NCBI GenBank assembly: GCA_963727915.1
Contig: CAVSID010000001.1
Span: 999,210-1,063,209 of the forward strand
Origin: an uncultured Chloroflexia bacterium
GTDB taxonomy: Bacteria; Chloroflexota; Anaerolineae; Anaerolineales; E44-bin32
DNA: 64,000 nt
Direction of reading: 5' to 3'
A program made the translations under genes and the position numbers. Below are positions 51,532 to 61,515 of the stretch, piece after piece. Each line of letters starts with the position of its first letter. Positions within the stretch are counted from its first letter, which is position 1. Below the pieces are notes generated by a model. It made no database searches, was not told the DNA's origin, and worked only from the letters and a program-made list of their open reading frames with translations.

Positions 51532-51549
51532 TTGTGAAATTCCTCACAA
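51532..51549. promoter_or_regulatory. Rex-like palindrome
   Basis: TTGTGAAATTCCTCACAA within ctttgtga-N6-tcacaaag, 8 nt after the GNAT stop. Confidence 0.55.
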
Positions 51550-51724
51550 AGTCATGGCCGTCCGGCGTTCGGGACCCATCTCTTGGGGAAGGCACTGGCG
51601 ATGGAATTGGGCGTGCCGTGCCGCGGAAACCGTGTGGTAAAATGACGCCTCGATAGGGCGTTGTACCCTTCGCCCGGAGCGCCGAAGAGGCGCTCGAATT
51701 TTGCAGAAAGGGCTTGTGAACCCC

Positions 51725-52373
51725 ATGAAAGTTCTTCTCCTAAAAGACGTGTACAAACTGGGCCGTGCCGGGGACGTGAAGAAGGTCGCCGATGGCTATG
51801 GCCGCAACTACCTGCTCCCGCAGGGGCTGGCCCTGATGGCCACCGGCGGGGCCATGAAGCAGGCCGAGCGCATTCGCACCCAGGCCGAGGCGGAACGTAC
51901 CCGCCTCAACCAGGAACTAGGCACATTGGCCGAGCAGCTGGGCGAGCTCGAAGTTGGCCTTCCCGGTGAAGGCGGGCGAGACTGGCAAGCTCTATGGCTC
52001 CATCACCACGGCCATGATTGCCGAGGCGGCGGAACAAGAGACCGGCGCCACGCTCGACAAGCGCCAGATCGACTGCGAGCCGATCAAGTCGCTTGGTGTG
52101 CACAAAGCCGCCGTTCGTCTCACCATCGATCTGGTCCCCGAAATCACTATCCTGGTCCACCGCGAAGGTGAGCCGGCCGAATTCGGCGTACGAGGTGGAA
52201 GAACCCGCTGCGGAAGAGCGCGGCCTTCGCCGACTTGGCGTCCGAGGCAGAGAAGCAGGAGAGAGGCGAAGACGAAGGAGAGGCCGAAGCCGTCGATCGG
52301 AGCCGAAGCGCCAGTGATGGAGGCGGAAGCGGCCGCACCTCAGGAGGCGCCTGAGGAAGCGGAGGGCGCCTGA
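51725..52373 (+). CDS. rplI: 50S ribosomal protein L9 with acidic C-terminal extension (frameshifted)
   Basis: [55 protein letters not shown]. Confidence 0.93.
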
Positions 52374-52438
52374 TCGCCGGGCTCAGCGTGCCACCGACAA
52401 GTGAAAGACGCTCCCGTCGGTGGCGATTGCTTTCCAAC

Positions 52439-53402
52439 ATGGAAGACCATAGGACGACAGCTCCGAGAGGCGCGTGAGAAGCTTGGCCTGACACTGGAAG
52501 AGGCCGAGCGTGCCACCCGGATTCGGGCACACCATCTCGAAGCGCTTGGAGGCAGGCGACCTCGATCTGTTGCCATCCCCGGTCCAGGCCCGCGGCTTCA
52601 TGCGCAACTACGCTGACTTTCTCGGTCTGGATGCGGAAGCTATGATGCTGCGCTATGCGGACGCCTTACAGTCCCGCGCGGGCAAGCGTCCGCCCGGAGT
52701 CTCGGAGGAAGCCGCCCGGCAGGCTTCTCTGCCGCGGCAGCCCGGGCGTTTCAGGCGATGGTTTTCGGCCGACCTGTTCATTTCGGCGTTGCTGATCTTG
52801 ACCGTCCTGGTGGTCCTGGTGTGGGGTGGCAGCCGCCTGATGGACGTCATGCGCCAGCAGACGGAGGCCGCCGGAGGGTGGGATTGATCACCTCGAGCCT
52901 GCGACGGTGACATCGCTACAGCCACCGTCCCCGCCGACGCGCGCCGAGTCGGTGCTTGCCGTGGAGGGCTCAGCGGCGCCAGGCTGCGACGGCTGAAACC
53001 AGCCTCGAGCCGTTGGTCGGCCCGGTCAGCGGGGTGCAACTCCGGGTGCTGGGGGAGAAACTTGCTTGGATTAGCGTCAAGGTCGATGGCAAGCCGCAGT
53101 TCACGGGGCTCGATAACCACACGGGGACATCCTCGAGTATCAGGCCCAGGATGTGGTCGAAATCGCCACTGGAAATGCCGGCGGGGTGCGTGTGTTCTAC
53201 AACGGTCAGGACCAGGGGGTGATGGGTGAGGTGGGGCAGGTGGTGATCCGGCTGTGGACGCGCGAGGGCCTGATCACACCCACACCGACAGAAAGTCCCG
53301 ACACCAACCGAAACGGTGACGCCTTCCAGGACGCCGATTCCCTCCGCAACGCCGAGGCCGACCCGAACGCCGGTGCCGACCAGGACGCCGCTAGGGGGAT
53401 GA
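52439..53402 (+). CDS. rodZ: RodZ-like protein (HTH, TM, DUF4115), frameshifted
   Basis: IGRQLREAREKLGLTLEEAERATRIR, LPSPVQARGFMRNYADFLGLD, TM, AWISVKVDGK, TGNAGGVRVFYNG. Confidence 0.8.
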
Positions 53403-53731
53403 GTTGGGTTCGGAGGAATCCGTCTTCCACGCGGACGAAACTCGCCCTCGATGATCGAGGTCATCTCGCGAACGTGCTCCTGGACGACTTCCGGCGGACA
53501 GAGCTCGACGAACAAGTAGCTGCCGAGCCAGATTACCGCAGCGTCGTCCATCGGCCCCGGCGCCAGGTCGGGGACAAACAGGTACACGACCGCTCCGATG
53601 GGGAGCAGCTTGGCCAGGGGATTGACCCGGCGGTCCTTCATCAAGCGCAAGATCAATTTGATGCGGAAACCGAGGCCTTCAAACAGGCCGGTTCCTTTCG
53701 GGACAATACTCCCGGACGGTTCGTTTTCCAT
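53391..53731 (-). CDS. YkvA/DUF1232 family small membrane protein
   Basis: KLILRLMKDRRVNPLAKLLPIGAVVYLFVPDLAPGPMDDAAV. The 3' end is affected by an indel. Confidence 0.75.
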
Positions 53732-53903
53732 GCTGGACTCCTTGACTTCCAATGGCCAGATTATATCCCAACGGGCCACGTTAATTTAACAGAAGACTGA
53801 CATAAAAATAGGCGGCTTGTGTTAGAATTGAGCCTCCCATGGGACGCCTGATGAAGCCATACGTCGGCCCGAACCAGGCTCTCACTTGAACGAGGTTATA
53901 GGC

Positions 53904-54942
53904 ATGCCGGTTGAGCAACAAGACGCGCTCACAACCAAGGTTTTGGATCGTCTTGGGCGCCCACTCCACGATCTGCGGATTTCGGTCACCGACCGCTGCA
54001 ATTTCCGCTGCGTGTACTGCATGCCCAAGGAAGTCTTCGGGCCGGGCTATGCTTTCCTGCCGCGCCAGGAGCTGTTGAGCTTCGATGAAATCGAGCGGCT
54101 GGTGCGCGTCTTTACCCGGCTGGGCGTGCGCAAGGTCCGCCTGACAGGCGGGGAGCCGCTGCTTCGCCCCAAGATCGAGGACCTGATCGAACGGCTGGCC
54201 GCTGTGCCAGGTGTCGAAGATCTGACGATGACCACCAACGGATCCTTGCTGGCTCGCAAGGCGGAACGCCTCAAGAACGCCGGCCTGGATCGAGTGACGG
54301 TCAGTTTGGATTCACTCGATGACGCCGTCTTCACGGCCATGAACGACGTGGATTTCCCGGTGGAGCGCGTGCTTGGAAGGCATCCAGGCGGCATCGGAAG
54401 TCGGACTGACGCCGGTGAAGATCAATATGGTGGTCAAGCGGGGGGTGAACGAGGACAGCGTGCTACCCATGGCGCGGGCCTTCAAGGGCACTGGGCACAT
54501 CGTTCGCTTCATCGAGTACATGGATGTAGGGACGACGAATGGTTGGCGGCTGGATGACGTGGTGCCGGCAGCTGAACTGGTGCGCCGCATCAAGTCCGAA
54601 ATGCCGATCGAGCCGGCCGATCCCAACTATCTGGGGGAGGTGGCAAACCGCTACCGCTACACCGATGGCGAAGGAGAGATCGGGTTCATCGCATCCGTCA
54701 CCCAGCCTTTCTGTGCCGACTGCACTCGGGCGCGCCTGTCCGCCGATGGGCGTCTGTTCACATGCTTGTTCGCCGTCAAAGGCCACGATTGCCGGCAGTA
54801 CGTGCGGGATGGCATGACGGACGATGACATCCTGGATGCCCTGCAGGGGATATGGGGGCGGCGCGGCGACCGCTACTCCGAGTTGCGCTCCGCCCGGACG
54901 GAAGGTCTCCAGAAGGTGGAGATGCATTTCATCGGCGGCTGA
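53904..54942 (+). CDS. moaA: GTP 3',8-cyclase (frameshifted)
   Basis: [50 protein letters not shown]...CLF, C-terminal MHFIGG. Confidence 0.95.
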
Positions 54943-55022
54943 GAATCGCGAATTTGGCCTGGCAGGTGCATACGAAGTGCCCGGTCACAGCCGGCTGGCC
55001 GGAACGCAGATTGCTTAGGTGA

Positions 55023-55761
55023 ATGATGTTAAGTCTTTCGAAACGTGCTGTCTTGTTCGACCTCGATGGGACACTGCGTCACAACGACCCGCCCCAAATC
55101 GACACCTTCTTCACTTTCGCCCGAGAGCTGGGCCTGGATGTAACGCCGGAACAGGCGCGCGAGACCACGCGCTGGATCCATGCGTATTGGGCGGATTCGG
55201 AGGAGTTGAAGGAGGACCGCACACTGCGAGGCGACAATTGGGAGAGCTCTGTGGTTGGCTTTCGCGGCCCGACAGCTGGTCATTTCTGGGCGTGCCGCCT
55301 GAGGACGCCGGCCGCATGGCGAAAGCCATCCAGCAGCGCATGATCGATGAGTATCGGCCAAGCCATGTCGTTCCCGAGGAAGTACCTGGCTTGCTGGAGG
55401 ACCTGGGAGCTGCCGGGTGCCGGCTGGGGGTGGTCTCCAACCGGCGGAACCCTATCTCCGAGGTGATCTCAGAGTTGGGCTTGGCTGAGCATTTCGATCT
55501 TACTCTGGCCGCCGGCGAAGTCGGCTGGTGGAAACCTGACCATCGGCTGTTGGCCTATGCCGCCGACAAACTCGGGGTCCCTGCCGAATGGAGCCCTCTA
55601 CGTGGGGGACAACTACTACGCCGATATCCCCGCCGCCGAAGGGGCCGGTATGCAGGCAGTCCTTCTCGACCCCGAAGCCTCTGTTTCCGGAGGCCAACTG
55701 TCAGGTGATCCAAGATCTGGGGGAACTGGCTGGAATCCTGGCGCTTCCCGAAAGGCTCTAA
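55023..55761 (+). CDS. HAD-family hydrolase (frameshifted)
   Basis: AVLFDLDGTL, LGVVSN, WKPD, LYVGDNYYADI. Confidence 0.85.
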
Positions 55762-55851
55762 GCGAATATTCATGTGGCGGGTGATGTTCGGCGGGTGAGC
55801 CTGCAGTATAATCCTGCGGCTATCCCTGAGTAAGGACACGGTTGTCTTCCT

Positions 55852-57959
55852 ATGAAACGCCGAAGCACGTATCCCCTGCGTTGCTTGACCGCCTCTTGCC
55901 GTCTGAGGCGGCTGTCATGTTCGGCACAGCGGTCGTGGTTGGACTTGGCACCGGCCTGGGCGGCGTGTTCCTGATCTAACGCCATCCAGTGGATCCAGGA
56001 CCTGCTCTACAGCGGGGCTCCGACAGTGCTGCCTCAATTGGGATGGGGCTGGTTGATTGTTGCGCCTGTGTTGGGCGCCCTCATCTCCGGCCCAATCATC
56101 GCCTTCTTTGCACGCGAGGCCAAGGGGCATGGCGTGCCGGAAGTCATGCAGGCCATGGCGCTGGAAGGCGGCCGCATCCGGCCCAGGGTCGCCTTGGCCA
56201 AGATCTTCGCCTCGGCCGCCTGCATCGGAAGTGGTGGCTCGGCCGGGCGTGAGGGCCCGATTGTCCAGGTGGGGGCTGCCCTCGGGTCTTCCATCGGCCA
56301 GTTCCTGCATTTTTCTGAAGAGCGCGTTCGGAATCTGGTCGCCTGCGGCGCCGCCGCAGGCATCGCCGCAACTTTCAATGCCCCTATTGCAGGGGTTTTC
56401 TTTTCTCTGGAGATCATCCTGGGCGAGCTCCGCTTGGGAGATATGGGCAGCGTGGTCATCTCGGCCGTCACGGCCAGCGTCGTCGCCCGGACGTTCCTGG
56501 GAGATCAACCGGCCTTCGCCCTGCCGCCCTATGCCCTCAATAGTGCCTGGGAGCTGATCTTCTACCTCGTCTTGGGGATCCTGGCGGCCGTTGTGGGCGT
56601 GCTGTTCATCAAACTCCTGTACGCCTTCGAAGAACTTCTTCGACGGTTGGCGGTTTCCCATGGCCCTCAAGCCAGCGGCTGGGGCCCTGCTGCTCGGCAT
56701 CACGGGCGTCGGCTATCCGGTGGTCCTGGCCGGGCTCGAGAAGGCTGGCGGTGCCCAGGGCGATTTCTGCCGCCAGCCTGGCCAATGGCTATCCGCGCAT
56801 CTTTGGCACCGGCTTCGATACCATCGAGTTGGCCCTGAACGGCAACATGCTGATCAGCCTGATGCTGGCCTTGGTGCTGCTCAAGCTCTTGGCCACCTCG
56901 CTCACACTTGGTTCGGGAAACTCAGGCGGAGTGTTCGCCCCCGGCTTGTTCTCCGGGGCCATGCTGGGCGGGGCATTTGGGGAGTTTGTGACGCGGGTCT
57001 TTCCCGGCATCGCTGCAGGTTCGGGCTCCTACGCCACAGTTGGCATGGCGGCCGTCTTTGCAGCGGCCGCCCGCGCCCCCTGACTGCAGTCCTGATCGTG
57101 TTCGAGATGACGAACGACTATCACATCATCCTTCCACTGATGGTCGCTGTGGTCGTCTCGACCGCCATCGCCCAGCACGTTCACCCCGAATCGATCTACA
57201 CGCTCAAGCTTATCCGGCGCGGTATTCGCCTGGCGCGTGGCCGCGACGTGGATGTTATGGATTCGGTCAAGGTCGAAGAAATCATGCGTCGCAACCCGGT
57301 CACCGTGTATGCCAGCATGCCGGCCAGTGCCCTGGGCGATCTCTTCCTCCAAACCAACAGCCACGGTTTTCCCGTCGTTGACCGCTCCGGCCGGCTGAAG
57401 GGAATCGTTTCGTTGACGGACTTGCGAAGCGCCAGGGAAGCGGTGCCCGAGGGCAAGGCGTTGAAAGTAAAGGATGTGGCCAACCAGAACTTGGTGGTCA
57501 CCTATCCAGACGAAAGTGTTCGTATGGCCCTCCGGCGGATGGCGCCGCGGGATCTCTCGAGGTTGCCGGTTGTGTCGCGCGAAGACCCAACGCGGTTGCT
57601 GGGGATTGTCCGCCGCAACGACGTGATCCGCGCCTATGAGATCGGCACGCTGAGGCGAAGCGAATGCACAGCCCGGGTCAGAGCTGACGCGCTTTCCGGG
57701 TGCGCGGGCAGCCCAATTCCAGGTCCGGGAGGGCGCCGCCGCTGCCGGCAAAGCCCTCAAGGACGCCGGACTGCCCAGGGAGTGCGTCGTGATCAGCATC
57801 TCGAGAGACGGGGACTTGGTGATCCCTCATGGTGACACGCGTCTCATGCCCAAAGATCAGGTCACGGTCTTGCTGAAAGGCTGTGAGCCGTCGAGCCTCG
57901 TCCGCCTGCTCGAAGAGACGGAGGGAGAGAGGCGGCCGGATAGCGAAGACATGCCGTAG
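55852..57959 (+). CDS. ClC chloride channel/transporter with CBS pair and TrkA-C-like tail (frameshifted)
   Basis: GHGVPEV, GGSAGREGP, CGAAAGIAATFNAP, GSGNSGGVFAP, VFEMTNDY, SIYTLKL, CBS domains, VIPHGDT. Confidence 0.9.
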
Positions 57960-57971
57960 GCCGGCCGTGCA

Positions 57972-58000
57972 TTGACTTACGTCCTTTGGCTGTCTATACT
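57972..58000 (+). promoter_or_regulatory. Sigma-70 promoter
   Basis: TTGACT-N17-TATACT. Confidence 0.7.
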
Positions 58001-58095
58001 GTTAACATCTATCAACCCTGGTGTGAGGTGGTGCACCATGCGAGGGTACCTGCGATGAGGGTATTCGACCCAAATGGATCGACGTGGCCGGATTG

Positions 58096-58133
58096 AGGCA
58101 CGGGGCTGAACGAGCCCGCGTGCCTTTTTGTTT
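58096..58133 (+). terminator. Intrinsic terminator in the 5' leader of the SWIM-finger gene
   Basis: aggcacg-gggct-gaacg-agccc-g-cgtgcct-ttttgttt, downstream of the promoter and upstream of ATG 58160. Confidence 0.75.
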
Positions 58134-58159
58134 CCTGTGAACCGAGACGAGGAGCAGCG

Positions 58160-58405
58160 ATGGATTATGGGATGATCGGGAAGATCGAGAAGGCCAAGCG
58201 TTACGCTGAAGAGCGGGAGCGCATACGCTTTGATGCGTTCCATGCCACTTTTGATGGGGAGAACAATCCCCACAGCGTGCAATTCGAAAACGGCAGCTGG
58301 GCCTGTGACTGCGATTTCTTCACCACGCGGGGTGTGTGCAGCCACACCATGGCGCTCGAGAGAGTGCTTGAGGGAATGCTCCCCGCGGTTGTTGAAGCTA
58401 GCTAG
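58160..58405 (+). CDS. Small SWIM zinc-finger-like protein
   Basis: 81 aa, RBS gaggag, WACDCDFFTTRGVCSHTMA (CxC...CxH). Confidence 0.8.
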   Translation: MDYGMIGKIEKAKRYAEERERIRFDAFHATFDGENNPHSVQFENGSWACDCDFFTTRGVCSHTMALERVLEGMLPAVVEAS

Positions 58406-58427
58406 AACTCGCCACCAAGGTGCGCAT

Positions 58428-58457
58428 GGCCGGGCCCGTTGTGGCCCGGCCTTTTTG
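58428..58457 (+). terminator. Intrinsic terminator
   Basis: ggccgggcc-cgttgt-ggcccggcc-ttttt. Confidence 0.8.
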
Positions 58458-58515
58458 ATTCTGCCTGCGTGGTAGAATGGCGCCGTGGCGGGGTGGATTG
58501 AACCCCGCCGTCTTC

Positions 58516-59541
58516 ATGGAGGCCCAGTTGAGACGTTGGCAATTCTGGGTGGGGCTCGTTGTGAGCGCCATCTTTCTCTGGCTTGCACTCAGGGGCCTGA
58601 AACTTGGGGACGTTTGGGCATCGGTAAGAGGGGCCAATTACTGGTGGATCTTGCCCGGCATTGCCGTGTACTTTCTGGCCGTTTGGGCGCGCGCGTGGCG
58701 CTGGCACTACCTCCTTCGTCCCGTGAAGGCCGTTCCAACTACCACCATGTTTCCCATAGTGGCTATCGGCTACATGGGCAACAACGTCTACCCGGCCAGG
58801 GCCGGCGAGGTCCTCAGAGCATACGTCCTGAGGCGGCGTGAGGGCGTCTCCATGTCAGCGTCCTTGGCGACGATCGTTGTCGAGAGGGCCTTTGACGGGG
58901 TCGTCATGCTGGCCTTCATCTTCCTCAACCTGCCGGAACTGGCGCGTGTTACAACGGCCTCGGCCGTGGCGGCTAGCTTGCGAGCCGTCGCTGTGTGGGG
59001 GGCGGTCGTATTCATGGCGGCTGTGATCATCTTCCTGCTCATGGCCGTCTTTCCCACGCAAGCAGAAGGGCTTATCGAAGCCGTCCTCAAACGAATCGCC
59101 CCCGCATCACTCCATGATCGAATCATGACCGTGGTCGGCCGCTTTCTGAGCGGGCTGGCGGCGCTTCGGTCACCGGGTGATGTGGCGATGGTGTTGGTGA
59201 CATCGGCGGTGATCTGGCTGCTTGAGACCGGCAAGTATTGGTTTGTCATGCAGGCCTTTCCCTTCAGTGTGAGCTTCTTCGCACTGATGCTCATGAATGG
59301 TATTGTCAACCTGGCCACAACCATCCCATCGGCGCCGGGTTATGTCGGCACTTTTGACGCACCCGGCATCGCCGTGCTCGGAGCCTATGGAATCCCCACG
59401 GCGACGGCCGCCGGGTACACGCTTGTGCTCCACGCTGCTCTGTGGCTCCCAATCACGCTGCTTGGCGCCTTCTACTTTGCTCGGGAAAGCTTGAATTGGG
59501 ACCGGCTACGAGCAGAGATGTCGAGCGAGGGTTTGGCGTGA
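58516..59541 (+). CDS. Lysylphosphatidylglycerol synthase TM-domain / flippase-like protein
   Basis: RAWRWHYLL, IGYMGNNVYPARAGEVLR, ATIVVERAFD, IPSAPGYVGTFD. Confidence 0.88.
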   Translation: MEAQLRRWQFWVGLVVSAIFLWLALRGLKLGDVWASVRGANYWWILPGIAVYFLAVWARAWRWHYLLRPVKAVPTTTMFPIVAIGYMGNNVYPARAGEVLRAYVLRRREGVSMSASLATIVVERAFDGVVMLAFIFLNLPELARVTTASAVAASLRAVAVWGAVVFMAAVIIFLLMAVFPTQAEGLIEAVLKRIAPASLHDRIMTVVGRFLSGLAALRSPGDVAMVLVTSAVIWLLETGKYWFVMQAFPFSVSFFALMLMNGIVNLATTIPSAPGYVGTFDAPGIAVLGAYGIPTATAAGYTLVLHAALWLPITLLGAFYFARESLNWDRLRAEMSSEGLA

Positions 59542-60911
59542 AAGTTGCCATCGTGGGCGCAGGCGCCGGGGGCCTTTCCGCCGCCTACGATCTCAGGCGC
59601 GCAGGCTGCGACGTGACCATCTTGGAGGCGTCGGATCATGCAGGCGGCTTGGCAGCCGGATTCAAGATCCCGCGCTGGGATTGGTCTGTCGAACGCTACT
59701 ACCATCACTGGTTTGCAAGCGACAAGCACATCCTGGCATTGATCGACGAACTGGGTTGGAGTGATCGCGCATTCTTCCCTTGGCCGATCACCGGCGCCTA
59801 CCACGAGGGACATTTCTACCCGCTCGACGGCCCCCTGTCCTTGATCATCCCCGGCCTCTCCTGGCTGGATCGCATGCCGGGGGCAGGCACGTTGGCCCGA
59901 GGGCTGCACGTTCTCCGCTTTCCGGGCTTGACTTGGGAAGACAAGCTCCGCTTCGGGCTGGCATCGATCTACCTTCTGCTGTCGCGCGACTGGCATGGGT
60001 TCGAGCAGGTTACCGCCCACGAATGGCTGCGGAAATGGATGGGTCCCCATGGCTATGAAGTCTTGTGGGAGCCTCTGCTTGTTGGCAAGTTCGGGCCGTA
60101 CTACAAGGACGTCAACATGGCTTGGTTCTGGGCCAGAGTCAAGGCCAGAACACCCCGCTTGGGGACCTTCGAGGGCGGGTTCCAGGCTTTCATGGATGAG
60201 TTCGCCGAACATCTCGAATCGATGGGCGTGGCCTTTCGCTATCGAACGCCGGTAGAGCGGATCTCGCCGGCTCGCGACGGTGGCGTCGTCTTGGACTTGC
60301 CTGATGGCAACATGACGGCAGATCATTGCCTGGTGACCACCTCGCCGAGCCTGCTGGCGAAATTGGCCCCGGACCTGCCGGAGGACTATCTCCAGCAGCT
60401 GCTGTCGATGCACTCGCTGGGGGCGGTCGTGCTGGTCGTGGCATTGACGCGACGGTTGTCCGAGTCGGGTATCTACTGGCACAATCTGCCTAAGTCAGCA
60501 GGGTTCCCGTTCCTGGCGCTGGTTGAACACACCAATTTCCTGTCGCCGCGTTTCTTCGGTGGAGATCATATTGTTTACTGTGGGGACTATCTGAAACCGG
60601 ATCATGAGTATTTCAGCCTGACCAAAGAGGAGCTGCTGGCGCGTTTCGAGCCGGCGCTGGCCAGGGTGAATTCGGAATTCTCGCCGGACTGGGTCCGAGA
60701 GGCATGGTTGTTTCGGACACCTTATGCGCAACCCGTCCCACCCGTAAACCACTCGCGAGCCATCCCGGACTTGAAGACACCGATCTCCGGCCTTTGGCTG
60801 GCGAGCATGAGCCAGGTATACCCCTGGGACCGGGGCACCAACTTCGCTGTGGACATCGGACGCCGGGCGGCCGCCCGTATCTTGGCCAGCTCGTCCAGTT
60901 CCCAACTGTGA
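59538..60911 (+). CDS. FAD-dependent oxidoreductase (protoporphyrinogen oxidase/amine oxidase-like)
   Basis: KVAIVGAGAGGLSAAYDL, GGLA, ERYYHHWF, YAQPV, SQVYPWDRGTN. Confidence 0.85.
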   Translation: MKVAIVGAGAGGLSAAYDLRRAGCDVTILEASDHAGGLAAGFKIPRWDWSVERYYHHWFASDKHILALIDELGWSDRAFFPWPITGAYHEGHFYPLDGPLSLIIPGLSWLDRMPGAGTLARGLHVLRFPGLTWEDKLRFGLASIYLLLSRDWHGFEQVTAHEWLRKWMGPHGYEVLWEPLLVGKFGPYYKDVNMAWFWARVKARTPRLGTFEGGFQAFMDEFAEHLESMGVAFRYRTPVERISPARDGGVVLDLPDGNMTADHCLVTTSPSLLAKLAPDLPEDYLQQLLSMHSLGAVVLVVALTRRLSESGIYWHNLPKSAGFPFLALVEHTNFLSPRFFGGDHIVYCGDYLKPDHEYFSLTKEELLARFEPALARVNSEFSPDWVREAWLFRTPYAQPVPPVNHSRAIPDLKTPISGLWLASMSQVYPWDRGTNFAVDIGRRAAARILASSSSSQL

Positions 60912-61036
60912 GTGCCCCCGCCGGGTGCGCAGGGCAATGGTATCCTTAACTGCTGTGACAGGATTGCAAAACACGGTCGATTGACGGCCCAAACGTAGGC
61001 AATATTGGGAGGCCGTCGAGCATCGGAGGAGACAAG

Positions 61037-61462
61037 ATGGCCAGCATCAGAGACGCGATCAGAGCGTATGCACCAGAGCTTGACATGGAAGCGCCGGTCG
61101 CTATGGACGAGGTCGTGTCCCATCTCTCGGAGAAGACTGGGCTCGAGGCTGATGTGATCAAGCAGGTCCTGGGGGCTCTTCCCGAGATGACTTTCTGGTT
61201 CATGGTGCGCGGGCGTCCGATTGAGCTCGACGGGATTGGTCATCTCAGGCCGATGATCGGCTTGGACGGTAAGATCCGGGCTGCGATCGACACGGACGAG
61301 GGCCTGGCAGCCAAGATGAGTGAACCCGATGCCTACCGTGCAGGTATCACGCGAAGAGAGAGTATCGGTGTCCCGCTCAAGCGGATGGCCCAGATGTGGA
61401 ACGCAACGCATCCGAGCGATCCCGTCACCGACTTGGATGCATTTGCCGTACGCGCCAACTAG
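61037..61462 (+). CDS. HU/IHF-like DNA-binding protein with extended C-terminus
   Basis: MDEVVSHLSEKTGLEADVIKQVL...GRPIELDGIGHLRP resembles the HU fold. RBS ggagga. Confidence 0.6.
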   Translation: MASIRDAIRAYAPELDMEAPVAMDEVVSHLSEKTGLEADVIKQVLGALPEMTFWFMVRGRPIELDGIGHLRPMIGLDGKIRAAIDTDEGLAAKMSEPDAYRAGITRRESIGVPLKRMAQMWNATHPSDPVTDLDAFAVRAN

Positions 61463-61515
61463 GCGCCAGCATCGATCTTGCCAGCTGGGGGAGACCGGCA
61501 TTTCAAGGAGAAGGA

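Noticed and set aside
53270-53390. Short acNccN repeats as a tandem repeat or CRISPR-like array
   Set aside because: They encode the Thr-Pro-rich tail of the RodZ-like protein, with no constant repeat-spacer structure.
760-60482. Long antisense or alternate-frame ORFs (e.g. 760..1782, 32003..33019, 33120..34106, 39275..40465, 42606..43592, 59472..60482)
   Set aside because: Shadow ORFs typical of high-GC coding DNA. They overlap well-supported genes and have no recognisable motifs.
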